Shown here piece after piece: positions 1-9,024 of a stretch of 64,000 bases of DNA (its first letter is position 1; each line of letters starts with the position of its first letter). The DNA is taken from assembly GCA_964519305.1 (NCBI GenBank), contig CAZFHY010000011.1, positions 32,001 through 96,000 on the forward strand, given 5' to 3'. Below the pieces are notes generated by a model. It saw only the letters and a program-made list of their open reading frames with translations. It made no database searches and had not been told where the DNA came from. Both the position numbers and the translations under genes were made by a program. This stretch comes from Candidatus Undinarchaeota archaeon. Its GTDB lineage: Archaea; SpSt-1190; JASMDC01.

Positions 1-140
1 TTGCACATTCCGAAAACGCCCGGAATCAGGGTCTTTCCGTAATTCTACTGGATAACGAAGATCCAATCCTGGACGTGGACACGGCAGATGATGTAGTCCT
101 TGTTCAGGATGAGCTCTCTACTACTGATAGATGCTTGTAG
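1..140 (+). CDS. cofC: 2-phospho-L-lactate/PEP guanylyltransferase, C-terminal fragment (5' end outside window)
   Basis: Not in the ORF track. The frame from nt 3 reads AHSENARNQGLSVILLDNEDPILDVDTADDVVLVQDELSTTDRCL*. This fits the CofC C-terminal H...A...G...DVDTxxD pattern, and the gene is convergent with cofH/cofG. Confidence 0.7.
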   Translation, partial: AHSENARNQGLSVILLDNEDPILDVDTADDVVLVQDELSTTDRCL

Positions 141-1150
141 AGCGTGTCGCGTCGAACGGCCCGACGCCCCGCCTCCTTGGCAAGCGCGGCCAGGGACTCT
201 GCGCTCATGGCCTGACCGTTGCGCCCTCCTGCCAGCCGTGTGATGTTCTCGGCCCCGAGGGTTCCGCCCAGATCGTTGGCACCCCAGTCGAGGGCCTTGA
301 CGGCCGTCCCACGGCCGAGCTTCACCCAGGATACTTGGATGTTTGGGATGAGGGGGTGGAGGGCCAGACGCGCAGCGGCCACCATCAGGAGGTCAGCGGC
401 CATGCCGGGCGATCTGATCCCCCGCTCCCGGAACAGCGGTGTGTTCGGGGAAATGAAGGACAGAGGTACGAACTCGGTGAATCCGCCCGTCTCCTCTTGA
501 AGATCACGGAGGAGGTAGAGGTGCTCCAAGCGGTCGTTCCATCCCTCGCCGATACCATAGAGCATTGTGCATGTCGTCGGGATACCCTGCTCATGGGCCG
601 AACGAACAACGTCTAGCCATTCTGCAGTACCGAGCTTCTCAGGGCAGACCTTCTTGCGGACATGATCAACAAGCACCTCCGCCGCAGTACCCGGCATGGA
701 CCCGAGGCCGGCCTGCCGCAGTTCCTTGAGGACCGTCTCGATGTCCTCTCCTGTCTGATGAGCGGCGTGGGCCACCTCTTGTGGGGAGAACGCGTGGATG
801 TGGATGTTGGGTGCTGCCTTCCGAACAGCCCGCACTATGGCCACATAGTGCTCAAGGAAGAGGTCGGGGTGGAGCCCGCCCTGGATGCACACCTCCGTAG
901 CACCGCTCTCGGCCGCGGAACGCGCATCCTCCCCCACGTTCTCAGCAGAACGCAGGTATCCCTCGCGGTTGGCGAAAGCACAGAACAGGCATCTATTGAT
1001 ACACACATCAGTGAAGTTGATATTGCGATTGACCACGAAGGTGACATCGTCTCCAACTGCATCCGTTCTGAGGGCGTCGGCCGCTCTCTGCGCTTCGAGC
1101 GGCCGGGCAATCAGACGTCGGACCCCCTCGCGGTCCAAAGGTTCACTCAT
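104..1150 (-). CDS. cofH: FO synthase subunit CofH (radical SAM)
   Basis: Motifs NRNINFTDVCINRCLFCAF (CX3CX2C), IQGGLHP, SMPGTAAE, EFVPL, IQVSWVKLG and GANDLGGT. The likely ATG at 1150 overlaps the cofG stop; the ORF-track start at 1246 is probably too long. Confidence 0.9.
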   Translation of the reverse strand: MSEPLDREGVRRLIARPLEAQRAADALRTDAVGDDVTFVVNRNINFTDVCINRCLFCAFANREGYLRSAENVGEDARSAAESGATEVCIQGGLHPDLFLEHYVAIVRAVRKAAPNIHIHAFSPQEVAHAAHQTGEDIETVLKELRQAGLGSMPGTAAEVLVDHVRKKVCPEKLGTAEWLDVVRSAHEQGIPTTCTMLYGIGEGWNDRLEHLYLLRDLQEETGGFTEFVPLSFISPNTPLFRERGIRSPGMAADLLMVAAARLALHPLIPNIQVSWVKLGRGTAVKALDWGANDLGGTLGAENITRLAGGRNGQAMSAESLAALAKEAGRRAVRRDTLYKHLSVVESSS

Positions 1151-2174
1151 TGCCTGACACCTCTCGGGCGAGGGCGAGCACGCGGGGGGCGAGATGTGAG
1201 GGTGTGATGTACTGCTCCCGGACGGGGAGCCTGTGAGAGAGGACAAATCCGGCCTCCTCGCACGCGGCCTCTAGCTCGTCTAGAGTGGACCATGGTCGGT
1301 CCGGATTAATGAAGTCGGGTGTCACCGGCGATACGCCGCCAAGGTCATCTGCGACGGACATGGCGAGCGTGAGGAGATCACGAGAAACGAGATTAGGAGG
1401 TATCTGGATACTAACATCGGGCGGAAGGCTAATGCGGGCCATTGCCAGCGTATCGAGGACCTCCTTATCGCTGGGCGCCGGTACGCTCTCCATGGGTGTA
1501 CCCTCGTGAGGTACGAATGGCTGGACAAGGACCTCTTGGATATGTCCATAGCGCGCATGGATGTCAGCAATCGCCTTTAGTGATTGCTGCCGTTCGAGAC
1601 GTGTTTCGCCGATACCCACGAGAATGCCGGTGGTGAAGGGGATACCTTGTATCCCTGCCGTTGCGATATGTGCGAGCCGAAGGGAGGGCACCTTACCACA
1701 GCAACCATCATGTGGCCCGCCCGGGTTCCCCAGACGCTCGCTGGAGGTCTCTAACATGAGCCCCATGCCCGCGTTCACACTTGCGAGCATCTCGAGCTCG
1801 TCCGCGATAAGGACACCCGCGTTCGTGTGAGGGAGCAGGCCGCTCTCCAGTGCTCGGCCGGCCAGATCAGCAAGGAACTCCACCATGCTCTTGTATCCCC
1901 ACTCATTGAGCTTGTGTCGCACGTACGGGTCAGAATCCGAACGCTCACCAAGAGTAAGGAGAGCCTCAGTGCATCCCGCTTGGACGGCACGTTCTATGAG
2001 CTCTTGTGCCTCATCTGGCGAGAGCAGGCGCGGCCGATCATCCCCCCGCACCCGGAATCCACAGTATGCACAGTTATTGATACAGGCAGTGGCGACCGGT
2101 AGGAAGGCGTTCGATGACACTGTAATCCGGCGGCCGAAGGCTTCCTGTCGGCGCCTACATGCGGCCTCCCACAT
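1143..2174 (-). CDS. cofG: FO synthase subunit CofG (radical SAM)
   Basis: Motifs CINNCAYC, GCTEALLTLGE, LPHTNAG, MGLMLE, PFTTGILVGIGET, QIPPNL and DLGGVSPVTPDFINP. The start is uncertain (ATG 2174 or 2219). Confidence 0.92.
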   Translation of the reverse strand: MWEAACRRRQEAFGRRITVSSNAFLPVATACINNCAYCGFRVRGDDRPRLLSPDEAQELIERAVQAGCTEALLTLGERSDSDPYVRHKLNEWGYKSMVEFLADLAGRALESGLLPHTNAGVLIADELEMLASVNAGMGLMLETSSERLGNPGGPHDGCCGKVPSLRLAHIATAGIQGIPFTTGILVGIGETRLERQQSLKAIADIHARYGHIQEVLVQPFVPHEGTPMESVPAPSDKEVLDTLAMARISLPPDVSIQIPPNLVSRDLLTLAMSVADDLGGVSPVTPDFINPDRPWSTLDELEAACEEAGFVLSHRLPVREQYITPSHLAPRVLALAREVSGNE

Positions 2175-2203
2175 CGAGTGATGGGTGAGGGTAAAAGCAT
2201 TTA

Positions 2204-3121
2204 TTGATGGCACCGCCAAATGACATCAGGATGGTAGGGGACCCACTCCCCGAGGGAACGAGCCCACCAATCATACACGAGGCTCGCGCCAACATTGACA
2301 AGGAGAAGAAACGCGGCATCTCCATAGACTCCGCGATCAAACAGCGCAGCCCCTACATGATGGTGCGCGATGACGAGGAGCCCGCACAGAATCAGGGGGA
2401 GTCGCCCGCGACAGGGGGTGCGGACGTGATGTCCGGTGCCTCTGCCAACGATGCAGTTGCGTTCATTGCCAAGGCATCGGGTGTAGAGGGCGCATCGAAG
2501 GCGCGTGCGGATACAAAGGCCGCTCCGACCGAGGCGTTCTTCGAGGAGACCGAGGAGCTCGAGCAGAACAAGATAATGGATGTAATCGTCACCCTCGGGA
2601 CCATGCTCATCACGTTCTTCATCCTTCTGGCCGTCATCTACGGCGGGTATCGTGTGGTCTCTGTAGTGGCCCCAGGTATAGCCAACGCTATGGGGGGAGA
2701 GAAGAGCGAAGGACCCCTCTACAACATCACCTGCGCAGGATTCTCCGCGTGCCCTGACGACATAATGGATGCATGTGGGCTTGAGGGGGAGGTGGCCTGT
2801 GCAGATATCAATAACGCAGGACCCGCCACCATCCCAGGGACCGCACTTGTCAAAGCGAGTATCTCCATCTCCGGGGAGAGTGGGATGCATACCTACAATG
2901 CTGACAAGATCCGTATCGTAAATATCGATGGTACCTCCTGTGATATACTGGCAGGATGTGCGTGGTGCCTTGATCAAGAATGGGCCGAGCAGAAAGTAAA
3001 GACCTTGGTAATCCCGCCCGCGCCGCTCGGAGAACTGAAGACCGGTCGTCACTCCATTACACCGGGAGTGGAGAGAGCGAACCTGATCCAGGACTGCTCC
3101 TTCGGAACGGACCTTGTCTGA
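2204..3121 (+). CDS. Hypothetical single-pass membrane protein
   Basis: Acidic/Ala-rich N-terminus, one hydrophobic helix (VIVTLGTMLITFFILLAVIYGG), then a Cys-containing domain. The start may be slightly downstream. Confidence 0.65.
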   Translation: MMAPPNDIRMVGDPLPEGTSPPIIHEARANIDKEKKRGISIDSAIKQRSPYMMVRDDEEPAQNQGESPATGGADVMSGASANDAVAFIAKASGVEGASKARADTKAAPTEAFFEETEELEQNKIMDVIVTLGTMLITFFILLAVIYGGYRVVSVVAPGIANAMGGEKSEGPLYNITCAGFSACPDDIMDACGLEGEVACADINNAGPATIPGTALVKASISISGESGMHTYNADKIRIVNIDGTSCDILAGCAWCLDQEWAEQKVKTLVIPPAPLGELKTGRHSITPGVERANLIQDCSFGTDLV

Positions 3122-3231
3122 GGCCGACCGAAAGGGATAAGAATCCTAATTCCTTCTCCTTGACACGTGGGCGAGAACGCGTCAACCAAGAGCGTTCGAA
3201 ACCCGTGACGTGACAATCATCTACGGAGGCA

Positions 3232-4275
3232 TTGAAAGTGGTAAAGGACAAGCTTTTCGGTAAACACCTCCTGTGTACACAGGACTGGGGGGTTGACGAA
3301 CTCATCCGCGCACTAGAGCTTGCGGAGGACATGCAGAAGGAGCGTTTCTCAGGCAAATATTTCGACGTCCTGAAAATGAGGACGTACATGATGTTCTTCT
3401 ACAATCCTTCCGTGCGCACTCGGCAATCCTTTGAGTGCGCCGCGACCGAGCTAGGAGGCCATGCACAGTTCCTCGAGCCCAAGTCCATGCGGCTCAAGAC
3501 GAAGAAGACCGCTGGCGAGACCGTCGAGGACGCGGCCCAGGTCATGGCCAGGTACGGTGCGGGCGTGGGTATTCGTATTCTTGAGGACAAGATTGGGGCC
3601 TACGGCGAGGGGCAGAAGCTACTTGAGGACTATTGCAAGTGGAGCCCGGTACCCATCCACAGCATGGCCCACGATAAGTTCCACCCCTTCCAGGGGCTCG
3701 CTGATGTCATGGGGCTCAAGAAGCATCTCAAGACCCCCGATTATAACTTCAAGGGCAAGAAGATCCTCCAGGTTTGGGGGAAGGGTGCACTTGCGCGCTC
3801 CTGGTGCTCAGTGCAGGAAAGCATCCTGATCAACTCCCGCCTGGGTATGGACGTGTGTCTGGCCCACCCTGAGGGTTTCGATCTGGATCCTGAGGTCATT
3901 GCCATGGTGAAGGCCAACTGCAAGGCCAACGGTGCCGAGTTCGAGATAGTGAACGATGTTGACGAGGCCTACGATGACAGCGTTGATGTCGTGTACTCCC
4001 GCAACTGGATGACCGCTGGTGCCTACAAGGGTGGCGAGTTCGATAAACCCGGAGAGATCGAAAAGAGCCTCCAGCACACGGATTGGATTTGCGACGCACC
4101 AAAGATGGCCAAGACCAACAACGCCCTCTTCATTCACCCAATGCCTATAGACCGGGGTAATGAGGTTTCGGATGATGTGGCCAGCGGCCCCCGCTCGATA
4201 GTCTACGATGTCGCGGAGAACCGCCTTCACGTACAGAAGGCCGTAATGGCCCTCACTATGGGCAATCTTCCCTAG
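3232..4275 (+). CDS. Non-canonical transcarbamylase (OTCase/N-acylornithine transcarbamylase superfamily)
   Basis: Motifs FYNPSVRTRQSFE, HPFQ, HPMP.DR..EV and AENRLHVQKAVM, with GGAGG upstream. It lacks the canonical OTCase DxWxSMG and HCLP motifs. Confidence 0.85.
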   Translation: MKVVKDKLFGKHLLCTQDWGVDELIRALELAEDMQKERFSGKYFDVLKMRTYMMFFYNPSVRTRQSFECAATELGGHAQFLEPKSMRLKTKKTAGETVEDAAQVMARYGAGVGIRILEDKIGAYGEGQKLLEDYCKWSPVPIHSMAHDKFHPFQGLADVMGLKKHLKTPDYNFKGKKILQVWGKGALARSWCSVQESILINSRLGMDVCLAHPEGFDLDPEVIAMVKANCKANGAEFEIVNDVDEAYDDSVDVVYSRNWMTAGAYKGGEFDKPGEIEKSLQHTDWICDAPKMAKTNNALFIHPMPIDRGNEVSDDVASGPRSIVYDVAENRLHVQKAVMALTMGNLP

Positions 4276-4290
4276 GAACAGGGCACTCTG

Positions 4291-4323
4291 AAAAATCGCC
4301 GGCCTCTCGTGGGAGGGGCCGGT
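4291..4323. terminator. GC-rich hairpin with adjacent A/T tract
   Basis: CCGGCCTCTC-gtgg-GAGGGGCCGG stem with one G.U pair, just downstream of the transcarbamylase stop. AAAAA at 4291-4295 would be a U-tract on the minus strand. Confidence 0.4.
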
Positions 4324-4649
4324 ACAACCTCTGTTCACGAATATCGCGCCGTTACGTCGCTCATATAATCCGGAATCCACACATTCCTGTCAAACGCTGG
4401 AACTAATCGCGGGGCGTTCATTTGGATGCGAACAGACGACGTATTTTACCCCCTCAGACCCCGGACCGCCGGTCCTTGCGCTCTGATAGTATTCAAACGT
4501 TTCACAATGTTTCCCAACGGTGACGAGCAACCCCTGCCCGCCGTTGGCACCGATAACGCGAGGCGGAGATGTATGTCCCGCAACCATTACAGAGAACCCA
4601 TTTATATCGTCTCAAACACCGCTCTATATCGGTACAAAGGAGGGATCAC

Positions 4650-6815
4650 ATGCGCGTACGTCTCCTTACGATGTTAGTTGTTATCGCCTTGGTCCTCACC
4701 AGTGCTCCGGAGGACCTGAGCGACGGCTCGACAGAAGGGGTGGAGGGAGATCGGATCGTACCATATGCATCCGAAGAACAGGCTTCCGATGCACCCTCGA
4801 CCCGCGTTGACAATTCCGAGAACTCGCTCAAGAAGCGTATACTAAGAACGGCCCTGATTATCAGAACGGTGGATGACAGCATCGAACGCACAGAACTGTC
4901 CACCACCATGAAAGGGATTACTGAGCTCTTGATACTCAACGACATTGATGGCGCTCGTGAACTCCAGACGGAAATCGAGGGGCGGGCAGAAGTGGTGCTG
5001 AGGGAGCAGCGCCGACAGCGGGCGGAGGCGGACATCAGGGAATTAGAGTTGATAGCCGCAACCTTGGAGGATGGTATGCGGAAAACCGCGCTTGAGAAGA
5101 CCTTAACTTCAGCACGCGAGCTCAAGGATAAGGGCGTCAGCGCAGAGACGATCCGAAATAGGATCGATAATGACGCCGCCACACTGCTCGCAGACCGACA
5201 GATAATAAGGGCAGGGGCGCTCCTCGATCAGGTGAAGGCCGACATAGTCAGGATGCGTGAGGGGGATGCCACGCTCCATAGCATGGCCGCTCGTCATGGG
5301 AAGATGATAGGACAAGCCGAGCGCGAACTGGAGAATGGGATGCCCGACAATGCGCTCCACCTTCTTGAACGCGTGACCATGGAACAGCAGGATGCCCTAC
5401 GTGCAACGCCTCTCGTCGGCGAGGTTGTCGGCATGGAGGAGTTCCCCGTGCTAGGTACTCAGGGTCAGGCACCTGGATCCGTTCTCCCTGAGGAAGAGGA
5501 CGGTACTATACCGACCGCGGAACCCGAGCGCCTCTCTGCGGGTAATCGACAACCACGGGCCGTCATCGAGCAGAAGAAGGGGGAAGTGCGTGAGCGAATC
5601 GCAGTCCTTATGGCCAGATTGACCATCGCTAGCAACAAGGAGCGCTTAATTGAGCAACGCCTGACCATGGCACCACCTGAGAAACGGCAGGTATTGCTTA
5701 GACGTTTGGCGATCATGAGGGAGCGGAAACGTAGCATCTCCGCTATAGTCCGATCAGGTAACCTCGATAAGGTCGAAGCTCTTGCCGAGGAGATTGAGCG
5801 TGACCTAGCACTCCTTGAAGAGCGGATGCCACAAATATCCGCAGTGAAGAGCGAAGTTAAACGAATACGACCGAAGAAGATCCTCCGACAGGACCGCGAG
5901 CGTGTACGCGAACTGATATCCAATATCCGGCTACGTGAGCTCGATGAACTCGTAGATAATATGCCTGTTGACGACGCGGAAGACAAGGATCAGGAACTAG
6001 AACTCCTCCTCGCGCTCAATCCCACCGACGATGAGATTGCGAATGAACTCGCAATCAGTGATGGGCTCGAGGCAAAGGTCGATATCGTACTCTCCGGTCA
6101 GGTTGTTACGCTCGAGGGTGCCGATGGTATGGGATCCGTTGAGAAGAGCGTCTTCACGATGAGCGTTAGCGCCACAGAGGCGGTGGTGGATGTTCGCATA
6201 GTCAAGATTATCCCCAAGGACATAGCCGTGAACGTAGCTAACCTCACCTTTTCTGCGGAACCAGATGTGGTCGAGCGCGATCCAATCGTGCTCTGGGACC
6301 TAGGTGGCCTTGATGCTGGCGAGGAAGTGGAGCTAGTTTTTACTGCTGAAGGTGCGGGGGAGCCAACATCAGTGGGGGCGATTGAGATCCTTGTGCTCAA
6401 GAGCCCCGCGTACGCGAGCCCTCATTTGGAGGCGCCCGTTGAGGTAGAGGCGAGCGAGGATATAGTTGAGCAGATAGCCAAGACCGTGGCAGTCGTCACG
6501 GAAGAACCTCCGCCTGTCCGGACCGCCGAGTTTATCGGTCCCGGGCTTTCGATGGGCGTCCCGCTCCAAGATGAACCGGGTTTTTTCATACTAATAATGG
6601 TCCTTGTACTAGTGACCGCATTCCTCGTCGGCGTGGTGTTCAAAGCGGACATGGTGTTCACAGCGCCACGACCGCCAACACCTCCCGCACCAGGGACCGT
6701 CTGGGACGCACAATTGGTGAAGAGCGCAGAATGGGACCTCCTACCACGGTCAGTCAAGGGCTACAAATCAGATCCCTTGTACCCGGGGCGATATCGGGAG
6801 CAGAACAAGGATTAG
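4650..6815 (+). CDS. Secreted/membrane-anchored protein with coiled-coil region and C-terminal beta domain
   Basis: GGAGGGA SD before ATG 4650. Signal peptide MRVRLLTMLVVIALVL, a long helical charged region, a beta-rich domain (KIIPKDIA...DPIVLWDL), then PGF followed by a TM helix. Confidence 0.75.
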   Translation: MRVRLLTMLVVIALVLTSAPEDLSDGSTEGVEGDRIVPYASEEQASDAPSTRVDNSENSLKKRILRTALIIRTVDDSIERTELSTTMKGITELLILNDIDGARELQTEIEGRAEVVLREQRRQRAEADIRELELIAATLEDGMRKTALEKTLTSARELKDKGVSAETIRNRIDNDAATLLADRQIIRAGALLDQVKADIVRMREGDATLHSMAARHGKMIGQAERELENGMPDNALHLLERVTMEQQDALRATPLVGEVVGMEEFPVLGTQGQAPGSVLPEEEDGTIPTAEPERLSAGNRQPRAVIEQKKGEVRERIAVLMARLTIASNKERLIEQRLTMAPPEKRQVLLRRLAIMRERKRSISAIVRSGNLDKVEALAEEIERDLALLEERMPQISAVKSEVKRIRPKKILRQDRERVRELISNIRLRELDELVDNMPVDDAEDKDQELELLLALNPTDDEIANELAISDGLEAKVDIVLSGQVVTLEGADGMGSVEKSVFTMSVSATEAVVDVRIVKIIPKDIAVNVANLTFSAEPDVVERDPIVLWDLGGLDAGEEVELVFTAEGAGEPTSVGAIEILVLKSPAYASPHLEAPVEVEASEDIVEQIAKTVAVVTEEPPPVRTAEFIGPGLSMGVPLQDEPGFFILIMVLVLVTAFLVGVVFKADMVFTAPRPPTPPAPGTVWDAQLVKSAEWDLLPRSVKGYKSDPLYPGRYREQNKD

Positions 6816-6976
6816 CGACCAAGCACCAGGAAGGCCACTGCCAGCAGCACCCCTAGTACGATGATGAGGTTTATCGTTAGGCTTCCAGCGTAGGCAGTGA
6901 GGGCTACGGTCTCGGGATCGTGATCACGAAGGCGTTGCATGTACGCATCGATCATGCCTCTGATCCCGGCCGCCAT
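6812..6976 (-). CDS. Small membrane protein (54 aa, below ORF-track cutoff)
   Basis: MAAGIRGMIDAYMQRLRDHDPETVALTAYAGSLTINLIIVLGVLLAVAFLVLGR*. It fills the gap and its stop overlaps the convergent stop at 6815. Confidence 0.5.
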   Translation of the reverse strand: MAAGIRGMIDAYMQRLRDHDPETVALTAYAGSLTINLIIVLGVLLAVAFLVLGR

Positions 6977-7028
6977 GGACAAATGATCGGCAGATAGACA
7001 TTTATCTCATGAGGGATGATTACACCGG

Positions 7029-7262
7029 ATGGGATTAATCGAGACCCTCCGGCCTCTGCTCGTTAAATTGGAGAATAAAGTCTATCCGCTTTTCTTCCTT
7101 CTGGGCATTCTTCTCATCAGCCTCTGCGGTATAGCCTATATCCCTGTCTTAGAGCTCAGGCTGCGCATCTTCGTGGACAGTCTCCTGTTCTTCATCAGCC
7201 TGTTCCTTCTATGGTGCATGGGCGAGGTACTCCTCACAGTGATACGGGAGTTCGAGATGTGA
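7029..7262 (+). CDS. Small two-TM hypothetical protein
   Basis: Two hydrophobic segments; GAGGGA upstream. Confidence 0.6.
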   Translation: MGLIETLRPLLVKLENKVYPLFFLLGILLISLCGIAYIPVLELRLRIFVDSLLFFISLFLLWCMGEVLLTVIREFEM

Positions 7263-7272
7263 GTGTGAACCC

Positions 7273-8958
7273 TTAGTCCTCGCTCTTCTGCTCCGGCGCG
7301 TCACGTTTGAGCAGCCATGCAAGCGTGTTGCGTAGGAGGATGCGGCTGTCGGGCTCGTCACGCGAGATCCCATTGGCATCACCGAACAGAACAGCACGAC
7401 CTTTCTCCACGTCACGAGCGGCCATGACTACGATGTAACCCTTCTTCTCGTTCATGTCCGGTACGAAGTTGCTATCCTCGTCAGCGAAGCTGGTCTGGCT
7501 GGCGTAGAGCACGACGTCATCCGTTTCCTCCACGTCCAGAGAGCAACTCGCAGTGAGCCTGAGCTTGTTCACACCCTTTGCCACGGGGTGGCCTGTGTTG
7601 TGCACGAAGGGCATATAGGTGACGTTATCGCCTTCATAGTCACATACGAGATCGGGATTGAACCGTGTTCCGAGCTTGAACGCGATCTTGTTGAGGTTCG
7701 AGTTGTCAGCGCCCCCCGCCCCAACCAGGAACAGACCCGCCCCGGCACGCACGCGAGCTAGCACGTTCTCAAGCGCCTCACGCCCGGGAGTCTTATCGGG
7801 TGACACCACGACCAGAAGTCCACCATCGAACTCTTCCATGCTCTCAAGGTCCTTTGGTTTGAGGGAAAGGTCATCTAGAGCGTTGGTAAGGGCGCTCTTC
7901 ACCGCTTCGTCAAGAGAGTCGAGTCCAAGGACGTTTATCGAGCCACTGCTTCCCGGTTCGCCCGCGAGGTCGGCTGAGCAGTAGGGGCATACCTTCCAAT
8001 CAGCGTTAATCGCCTTCTCGCACTCGGGGCAGTTGAACTCCCCCATGAGGATGGCACGCTTGACCTCTTCTTTCTTGGCGGTACGTTCCTTCGTCTTCGT
8101 TGGCTCTGGCGCCTCTTCCTTGGGCTCTTCCTCCTCTTCAGGTTCTTCGGGCTCTTCCTCCTCCTCTTCCTCCTCTTCCTCCTTTTCGGACGAAGCACGT
8201 CGTCCGTGTAGGACTACTAGGAGAAGCGCTACTAGCAATAGGAGGGAACCGCCCACGTAAAGCTCATACCCAGCAGGGATTCCGGGGATGAGGGCGGGGG
8301 CCGTAGTTACGGCGGGCTTGCTGCACACATTATCCGTGCATTCGAGTCCCTCGCCACAATCATCGGTCTTACTGCAACAGTCCTCGCTCTGACCGCAACA
8401 GATGCTTCCGCCACCGGTCACATTTACACAGAAGCCGGAGATGCACTGCGCGGCACCGGTGCACGCAGCACCATCTGCAAGGGCCTCGACCGGCTTATTT
8501 ACGCACCGAGAGCCGCTGCACATCTCACCATTGGCGCAGTGCTCGTCCTTTGTGCAGCATGTACGCGTCGTTGAGCAGCATACGTCGTTCTGACAGTGCT
8601 CGCCCTCAAGACAACCGCAGTCAGCGCAACAAACGGTTGCGTTCTCCCCGCGGTCACAGTGGCCATCGCCGCAGACCACACGGTAGCATCCTTGTGCTGA
8701 AGCGCCGCCACGGGCTGTCTTGCACACCTCGCTATCACCACAAGCACAGTCATTAGGAGAACTGAGGCAGGTCTCCCCTAATGTCTTCGTGCATTCCGTG
8801 TCGCCGATGCACTCGCTTGAATTGAGCATATGACAGTCGGCGCGACAACTGGCGCACTCATTATTAGCAACGTCGCACACACGGTCGCCGCACGTGGCCC
8901 CAAGGGCCAGCGGGAGCAAGAGGGCTATTATTGTCAGGAACAGCACGGAGGTTCTCAT
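7273..8958 (-). CDS. Type I membrane protein: Cys-rich ectodomain, TM, poly-Glu, Zn-ribbon, class I GATase-like/DUF4350-like domain
   Basis: Signal peptide; CGDxxC/GExC...DC repeats; TM (VGGSLLLLVALLLVVL); Glu run; CPEC-x10-CPYC; then GAGLFLVG...LNKIA...G.RFN.D...GRAVLFGD...RNTLAWL. Confidence 0.85.
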   Translation of the reverse strand: MRTSVLFLTIIALLLPLALGATCGDRVCDVANNECASCRADCHMLNSSECIGDTECTKTLGETCLSSPNDCACGDSEVCKTARGGASAQGCYRVVCGDGHCDRGENATVCCADCGCLEGEHCQNDVCCSTTRTCCTKDEHCANGEMCSGSRCVNKPVEALADGAACTGAAQCISGFCVNVTGGGSICCGQSEDCCSKTDDCGEGLECTDNVCSKPAVTTAPALIPGIPAGYELYVGGSLLLLVALLLVVLHGRRASSEKEEEEEEEEEEPEEPEEEEEPKEEAPEPTKTKERTAKKEEVKRAILMGEFNCPECEKAINADWKVCPYCSADLAGEPGSSGSINVLGLDSLDEAVKSALTNALDDLSLKPKDLESMEEFDGGLLVVVSPDKTPGREALENVLARVRAGAGLFLVGAGGADNSNLNKIAFKLGTRFNPDLVCDYEGDNVTYMPFVHNTGHPVAKGVNKLRLTASCSLDVEETDDVVLYASQTSFADEDSNFVPDMNEKKGYIVVMAARDVEKGRAVLFGDANGISRDEPDSRILLRNTLAWLLKRDAPEQKSED

Positions 8959-9024
8959 GGTACAGACCTTCCGCTGAACCTCGGCCCCTTATACTTCTTA
9001 TGTCTTTAGTCCGCACGCGGGAGC

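Noticed and set aside
2201-3052. 283-aa minus-strand ORF upstream of cofG
   Set aside because: The plus-strand ORF 2204-3121 has a coherent TM architecture, while this one looks like its antisense shadow.
8110-8185. TCC/TCT-rich simple repeat as a contingency locus
   Set aside because: Mixed GAA/GAG codons encode an in-frame poly-Glu linker, not a pure slippage tract.
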